Shown: piece by piece, positions 59,437 through 64,000 of the stretch
How the letters are laid out: the number at the start of each line of letters is the position of its first letter
Numbering within the stretch: the first letter of the stretch is position 1
DNA from: an uncultured Bacteroidales bacterium
Lineage (GTDB): Bacteria > Bacteroidota > Bacteroidia > Bacteroidales > WCHB1-69
Direction of reading: 5' to 3'
Assembly: GCA_905233745.1 (NCBI GenBank)
Contig: CAJODA010000003.1
Location: 19,576-83,575, forward strand
Length of the DNA: 64,000 nucleotides
Program-made: the position numbers and the translations under genes
The notes under the pieces: generated by a model
Database searches by the model: none
What the model was told of the DNA's origin: nothing
What the model saw: the letters and a program-made list of their open reading frames with translations, nothing else

Positions 59437-59741
59437 GCAATTTTAGCGAACAGGAAAAGAGGACAATACTCCATCTCCTCACCATGATAATGGAGGCGGA
59501 TTCAGTAATCCATCCCAAGGAGGTGGAATACATCAAATCCGTAATGAAGAATTTTGGACTTTCATCTGCTGAATTTGATCATATGGATATGCTTGATTTT
59601 GCTGTCCTAAAAAAAGAATACAGTATGATGAATAAGGAAAAACAGGACTTTGCAAATGATATATTTTTGAATATGGCAAAAATTGACGGAAATATCCATT
59701 GTAACGAAAGGAATATTATTAATAGTCTACAACTAACATAG
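59433..59741 (+). CDS. small TerB-like protein
   Basis: 102 aa. The ATG overlaps the helicase stop (ATGA, 59433-59436). EKRTILHLLTMIMEADSVIHPKEVEYIKSVMKNFGLS resembles the TerB / DjlA-N helical repeat pattern (from memory). Confidence 0.55.
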   Translation: MSNFSEQEKRTILHLLTMIMEADSVIHPKEVEYIKSVMKNFGLSSAEFDHMDMLDFAVLKKEYSMMNKEKQDFANDIFLNMAKIDGNIHCNERNIINSLQLT

Positions 59742-59962
59742 AAGAACTGCTCAATGGGAAGGCGGTAGAGAACGATGTTGAGCTTATGAATAATCCGTCC
59801 CTGCTACTTTATAGGAACGACCATTCACTTACCTATCAAAATGGCAGATTTATTTAGTTTTTTATGAGAGTCTGTTGATTCATGTGTGAGAAATGCGGCA
59901 AACGGTACAAACAAATAATCAGATAAATTTGATTTAGAATTAATTATTCAAAAAAATAAAAT

Positions 59963-60568
59963 ATGGATTCACAATTACAGGTATCAACAATCAGGGAAAT
60001 AGTATTAAGTAAGGGTTTGTTAAACGCCCATGGTCAAGTTAAATCAGAGTTAATCCAAGAAGACATGTCTCTTATAGGCTTTGTGCCTTTTTTTGAAGGA
60101 GCTGATTTGCCTCATGATATATATTCAACATTGTTGCAATGTGATTTAAATACTCATCTAATAGTCACTCCTTTTTTTATTCGGTATAGTGACGATAAAA
60201 ATATATATCCTGTTTTTAAATCAATTTCTTTAACTAATGGTAATAAGTATAAAGTTGACAAGAATTTGATAATTGAATCAATTTATGGTTCATGGGCTAA
60301 AGGTGCTCAACGACCTCTTTATGGTGATTCTATTCTTTCAAAGAGACGCTACAACGGTTTCCCTTCTGACAGGTTTGAAACAGATGAAAACCAAGACACT
60401 TATTATTTATCTGGAAAACAGGAATTTGTCATGACAGAATCTTTGGGAAAACTTGTCGGTATTTCAGATTACTTCCTTTGCTTGTGTTCGTTCATCAATT
60501 CAGTAACAGGGATACCCAGTTATACTGTTTTTATGCCAGATTACTTGATAAAAGTCCTCCCAAAATAA
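59963..60568 (+). CDS. hypothetical protein
   Basis: 201-aa ORF, AT-rich, no motif recognised. Confidence 0.5.
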   Translation: MDSQLQVSTIREIVLSKGLLNAHGQVKSELIQEDMSLIGFVPFFEGADLPHDIYSTLLQCDLNTHLIVTPFFIRYSDDKNIYPVFKSISLTNGNKYKVDKNLIIESIYGSWAKGAQRPLYGDSILSKRRYNGFPSDRFETDENQDTYYLSGKQEFVMTESLGKLVGISDYFLCLCSFINSVTGIPSYTVFMPDYLIKVLPK

Positions 60569-60574
60569 ATTACT

Positions 60575-60982
60575 ATGACTGACTTTTATTATTTTGACAA
60601 TGTTTTTTCTACATTTCAATTTGGGAAACATAAAAGTAAACCATTATTTCAAATTTTAAGGGAGGATCCGTCTTACATATATTGGTGTGTAAACAATATT
60701 GAAGCATTTATTATTAGTGAAGAAACATTGGAGCAAATTAGAGGTTTATTTCCGTCTTTTATTATTCCAGAGAATTTTGAATCACATATCGGTGAGCCTT
60801 ATGTGGAATGTGAATATTATAATGAAAAAAGGTGTGAAGATAATTATTATGGAAGAGATAAAGAAGATCACACATTTGAAAGATACAATGGATCTTATGC
60901 ACAAGACGAGATGGAATATAGCGATGATGATATAGATACCATATTTGATGGTGATCCTTTAGCATATTGGAATATTGATTGA
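60575..60982 (+). CDS. hypothetical protein with an N-terminal DUF3820 / ExoX-C-terminal-like motif and an acidic tail
   Basis: FQFGKHKSKPLFQILREDPSYIYWCVNN resembles the FGKHKG...DPxYLxW motif. The C-terminus is rich in E/D/Y. Located 6 nt after the previous gene. Confidence 0.5.
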   Translation: MTDFYYFDNVFSTFQFGKHKSKPLFQILREDPSYIYWCVNNIEAFIISEETLEQIRGLFPSFIIPENFESHIGEPYVECEYYNEKRCEDNYYGRDKEDHTFERYNGSYAQDEMEYSDDDIDTIFDGDPLAYWNID

Positions 60983-61095
60983 ATAAGTTAGACTGCAAAA
61001 AAACGGCCAATATCCACCCCAAACGGGGATATCCGTTCACTTTCACCCCTTCCCTGCAAGCCTTGCAAACCCCTCCCTCAACCCCCGAAATATCG

Positions 61096-61103
61096 TATTT
61101 TTG
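61096..61103 (+). promoter_or_regulatory. -7 promoter box TATTTTTG
   Basis: TAnnTTTG match 37 nt upstream of the ATG at 61140. It is preceded by a C-rich ladder-like tract at 61037-61086. Confidence 0.45.
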
Positions 61104-61139
61104 CGCCGGTTAATAATTGCAAGTAAGAGTGCTCATATT

Positions 61140-62264
61140 ATGAATGATACACTACCAAAAGAAGTCCATCGTCAGAAGGCGTTGTTCAGCCGGGACCTGC
61201 CTTTTAAGCCTCAATATGGCATGATGATGTATGTCGAGGCGTGCGCGAATGAAGATGTCGACGGGTATTTTCACAAGAATATGGAGAAAGCTTGCCGTAT
61301 TTTGGGCGAATCGTTCACCTATTTGCCCGCGATGTTGGACAAGCTGGCGCAAATTGTGGAGTACAACTGGCCGGAAACCGATTCCGCATGGATAGAGAAG
61401 GCGAAGTCCGATCCGTCGTGGATACAAGACACCTATCGGGAAATCCTCTCCTACAGGATAGACAAAGAGGACGAAATGCCCGAATTGCCTTTGCAAATCA
61501 CGGAACCACCCCTGCTGATGCGCTATGAAGAGACTTCTTTAGACGGCCATGTTTTCACACTGTTCCCACTTCTGTACAGCAACGACACCCAATTCGAACA
61601 ATTGCTGACCGCCATCGCACAGGTGCCTCGTCTTGATTCGAATACATTTCATAGTACGCTTATTGAACAGCCCCTGCGTTATAGCCGCTTGCGGGAGAAC
61701 GTGGACACAGACCCCAAAGACAACGCGGACTGGGGGAGAATAGATGTGCTGGCGGACGAGATACGGCAGCGGATCGAGGAAATGCGCTCGATTGGGGTGT
61801 CCGATTTTGTCATCAAGAAACTGATTGCATTGCCCGATCCCAAACTGAGCACGCTTCGCATCACCAAGGATTACGGCATTTTCCTGCCCGACTACAACGA
61901 TATGGAAATCTCCCTGCCGACACTCTCCAAGGTCGTCTATTTTTTCTTCCTGCGCCATCCCGAAGGATTGAGGTTCAAAGAGTTGGTGGATTATCGCGAG
62001 GAGTTGCTGCAGATTTACTACCGTATATCGAATCGTGATGATTCGGTTAAAATGGTGCAAAGCATTGACGATCTGGTTGACTCCACCCGCAATTCCATCA
62101 ATGAAAAGTGCAGCCGCATCCGTTCCGCCTTTGTAAGCCGGTTCAGCGATGATCTGGCCAAGAACTACTACATCACGGGGCGTTCCGGTGAAGCGAAATA
62201 CATCCCCCTCGACCGCAGTTTGGTGTTGGATGAGGTGGGGATAATCACTCAAGTTTCGCAATGA
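61140..62264 (+). CDS. hypothetical protein (possible C-terminal winged-helix region)
   Basis: About 375 aa starting MNDTLPKEVHRQ. The C-terminal LSKVVYFFFLRHPEGLRFKELVDYREELLQIY resembles a family of Bacteroidales island proteins I cannot name. Confidence 0.55.
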   Translation: MNDTLPKEVHRQKALFSRDLPFKPQYGMMMYVEACANEDVDGYFHKNMEKACRILGESFTYLPAMLDKLAQIVEYNWPETDSAWIEKAKSDPSWIQDTYREILSYRIDKEDEMPELPLQITEPPLLMRYEETSLDGHVFTLFPLLYSNDTQFEQLLTAIAQVPRLDSNTFHSTLIEQPLRYSRLRENVDTDPKDNADWGRIDVLADEIRQRIEEMRSIGVSDFVIKKLIALPDPKLSTLRITKDYGIFLPDYNDMEISLPTLSKVVYFFFLRHPEGLRFKELVDYREELLQIYYRISNRDDSVKMVQSIDDLVDSTRNSINEKCSRIRSAFVSRFSDDLAKNYYITGRSGEAKYIPLDRSLVLDEVGIITQVSQ

Positions 62265-62303
62265 TGACTCAGACTGTTTCGTGGAAATTTGTCTTTGAAC
62301 GAA

Positions 62304-62496
62304 GGAGATTCCGCCAATTCCTATCGTCACTGGCGGAATGGTGTGCCGCATACAGGGGAAAAGGGGGAGAAGATGGGCGGCGGTCGTGAAAGTTCAGGCA
62401 ACGGCAGATTTTCTCCGCCGCCCATCTTCTCCCCCTTGGTCTCACACGGTCGTGCGCACCATTCCGCCGCGAACGCAGTGAGCGAGCGGAATCTCC
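62304..62496. repeat. GC-rich nested-palindrome element (about 193 bp)
   Basis: Perfect 23-bp arms at 62361-62383 and 62415-62437 with a 31-nt loop. Outer arms ggcggaatggtgtgc (62332-62346) / gcgcaccattccgcc (62454-62468), with one mismatch. Outermost arms ggagattccgc (62304-62314) / gcggaatctcc (62486-62496). Confidence 0.85.
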
Positions 62497-62590
62497 TACG
62501 GAAAATCACGAAAATGCGCCAATAGCCGCAACGAAAAGAGCTTGCGGAACATAGAATAAAACATATTATTAGATTAAAATAAACATAAAC

Positions 62591-62779
62591 ATGGAGCACA
62601 TACTTTTGCTAATTATTGCGGTAAGCCTCGCGTATGGTGTCGGCTGCTTGGGCCGCACTCGGAAAATAGGTTTTGGACTGGCATTCGCCATCTCGCTGCT
62701 CAATGTCGTCATCGGATTGATTGCAGTGCTTTGTTCAAAGAAAATTGATAATGTTGAACCTGAAAAAATGGAGGAATAG
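62591..62779 (+). CDS. small two-TM membrane protein (hypothetical)
   Basis: 62 aa with two hydrophobic segments. It ends 4 nt before the next ORF. Confidence 0.4.
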   Translation: MEHILLLIIAVSLAYGVGCLGRTRKIGFGLAFAISLLNVVIGLIAVLCSKKIDNVEPEKMEE

Positions 62780-62782
62780 ATT

Positions 62783-63865
62783 ATGAAAATTGCAGGTTAT
62801 GTTTTTGCAGTAATAGGTGGTCTCGCCCTCATAGGAGGTCTCGCCGCAGGGCACAGTGTTTTCGGACCTTTGTTTTGGCTGGCTTTAGGCATTGTTTTGA
62901 TATATTTTGGGAAGAAAAAGGAAGAGGAGAAGCGTTCAGCCAAAAGTGAGGCGACAACTCCATCCAACGACAATATACATCAAAATGTAAATACGCAGAT
63001 GGTATCAGCAGATGCAGGAAAAGAAGAAGTTAAACGTGAAACAACGACATATTGGGAAAAATATAAATCCGAAAATCCTGCAAAAGCATCTCAATTACAG
63101 GCACTTCTAGGTGTGGATTTCTCTCTATTGTCAGATAATGATGCTCAAGAGAAAATCAACTCTGTTAATCGCTTATGTAGCCAATACAGCTGCGAAATCA
63201 AAGATGTTAAGAAAAGATGTTTGCAAGATCTGGAGCAATTCCCCTTGTCATTTCTGTCCAAAATGATAGAAATGACAGAGAAAGAAAAAGAACAAGAGGC
63301 CTTCAATTTCAACATTGCCCAAGAGAATACCGTTTGTGCCATGATGATTGGTTGGATGAAAGAAAGGAAAGAAATATTGGAGAACAGTAATGTCTATAAC
63401 AATCATATAGAAGATGACCCTGCTGAAGACCAGCTTACACCAGAAGAATCCTTCAGAAAAAGATACACAAATGCGCTTTTGAAAAGAATTGGTGGGAATG
63501 CAAATAATGCTTTATTCTGCGAGGGCTATGATTCTCCAATCGCCCATGAATTAATGGATGTGATGTATGCTTTTCTAAAAGACACGACGGAGAAAGAGAG
63601 GGCAGATAGTCATGGCTATGGAAAGAGGTACACTTCTGTCATTATAGAAGAGACTGAGAAAGTGACAAAGCAATATTGCCATGCAGCATTACAAGAATGC
63701 GTTGAACACTTTAACTTCCCAAACAAAAAAGTTGTAACAAGTTTCAGATGTCCATATTGCGGAAGCTGGAAAGTATGGGACGAGGATTACGGGTTTGAAT
63801 GTGCGGAATGTGGATGCACTTGGCATGCTCCCTTGGGCTATAATTTATATTTAGAGAAACATTAA
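62783..63865 (+). CDS. hypothetical membrane-anchored protein with a C-terminal zinc-ribbon
   Basis: Two TM segments at the N-terminus (MKIAGYVFAVIGGLALIGGLAAG..., LFWLALGIVLIYFG). C-terminal CPYCGSWKVWDEDYGFECAECGC. Confidence 0.55.
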   Translation: MKIAGYVFAVIGGLALIGGLAAGHSVFGPLFWLALGIVLIYFGKKKEEEKRSAKSEATTPSNDNIHQNVNTQMVSADAGKEEVKRETTTYWEKYKSENPAKASQLQALLGVDFSLLSDNDAQEKINSVNRLCSQYSCEIKDVKKRCLQDLEQFPLSFLSKMIEMTEKEKEQEAFNFNIAQENTVCAMMIGWMKERKEILENSNVYNNHIEDDPAEDQLTPEESFRKRYTNALLKRIGGNANNALFCEGYDSPIAHELMDVMYAFLKDTTEKERADSHGYGKRYTSVIIEETEKVTKQYCHAALQECVEHFNFPNKKVVTSFRCPYCGSWKVWDEDYGFECAECGCTWHAPLGYNLYLEKH

Positions 63866-63871
63866 AGAAAA

Positions 63872-64000
63872 ATGGGATTATTTAATAGAACACGGAAACC
63901 ATTACCGCCGTATGATACTTTGGCGGCAGAACAAAGGTGTGCATTGTACTTTCAACTTGAATATCTCACAATGAAAGGTGTACCAATGCATGAAATGTCA
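63872..64000 (+). CDS. hypothetical protein, partial (runs off the window)
   Basis: The ATG at 63872 gives MGLFNRTRKPLPPYDTLAAEQRCALYFQLEYLTMKGVPMHEMS, which stays open to the window end. It is not in the ORF track. Confidence 0.35.
   Translation, partial: MGLFNRTRKPLPPYDTLAAEQRCALYFQLEYLTMKGVPMHEMS

Noticed and set aside
62289-62599. ORFs of 78 and 90 aa across the GC-rich nested palindrome
   Set aside because: Both strands give mirror-image G/P/R-rich peptides because the DNA is palindromic. There is no start context, so they are considered non-coding.

Overview
The window looks like a Bacteroidales-type chromosome segment. Gene starts are preceded by TAnnTTTG -7 boxes, two secreted peptidases carry T9SS C-terminal sorting domains, and gene content and order are typical of the group. 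Positions 1-51.3 kb are mostly conserved housekeeping genes: murC (partial), an OmpA/TolB-like protein, tpiA, ppdK, a MutS-related ATPase, an ABC-2 exporter pair, DUF4290, WbqC, rsfS-ftsH-LUD-cdsA-uvrA, an M13 peptidase, arcC-argF, an M14 peptidase, dapA, lpxC, lpxD, tRNA-Ser, dnaK, nnr, radC, DUF58, dcp, ligA and queF-queC-queD-queE. Two accessory patches stand out. (1) At 32.15-35.0 kb, directly after tRNA-Ser(GCU), about 370-bp GC-rich elements with terminal inverted repeats alternate with HicA/HicB toxin-antitoxin modules and their decayed remnants. (2) From about 51.3 kb to the window end lies a visibly more AT-rich island headed by a WYL-domain regulator. It holds two candidate defence operons. 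The first is an ABC/AAA-type ATPase with an uncharacterised partner. The second is a DUF1848 protein with a radical-SAM-like CX3CX2C cluster, a SAM-MTase/NERD-like/SF1-helicase fusion, and a small TerB-like protein. I do not recognise the second operon as any characterised system, and it is my best candidate for something new. A third, window-wide signal is a family of short 'ladder' tandem repeats of period 7-9 nt whose units mutate stepwise. They fill short intergenic spacers just upstream of gene starts; the largest is about 240 bp between queC and queD. All functional calls come from motif recognition by eye. No database search or computation was run.
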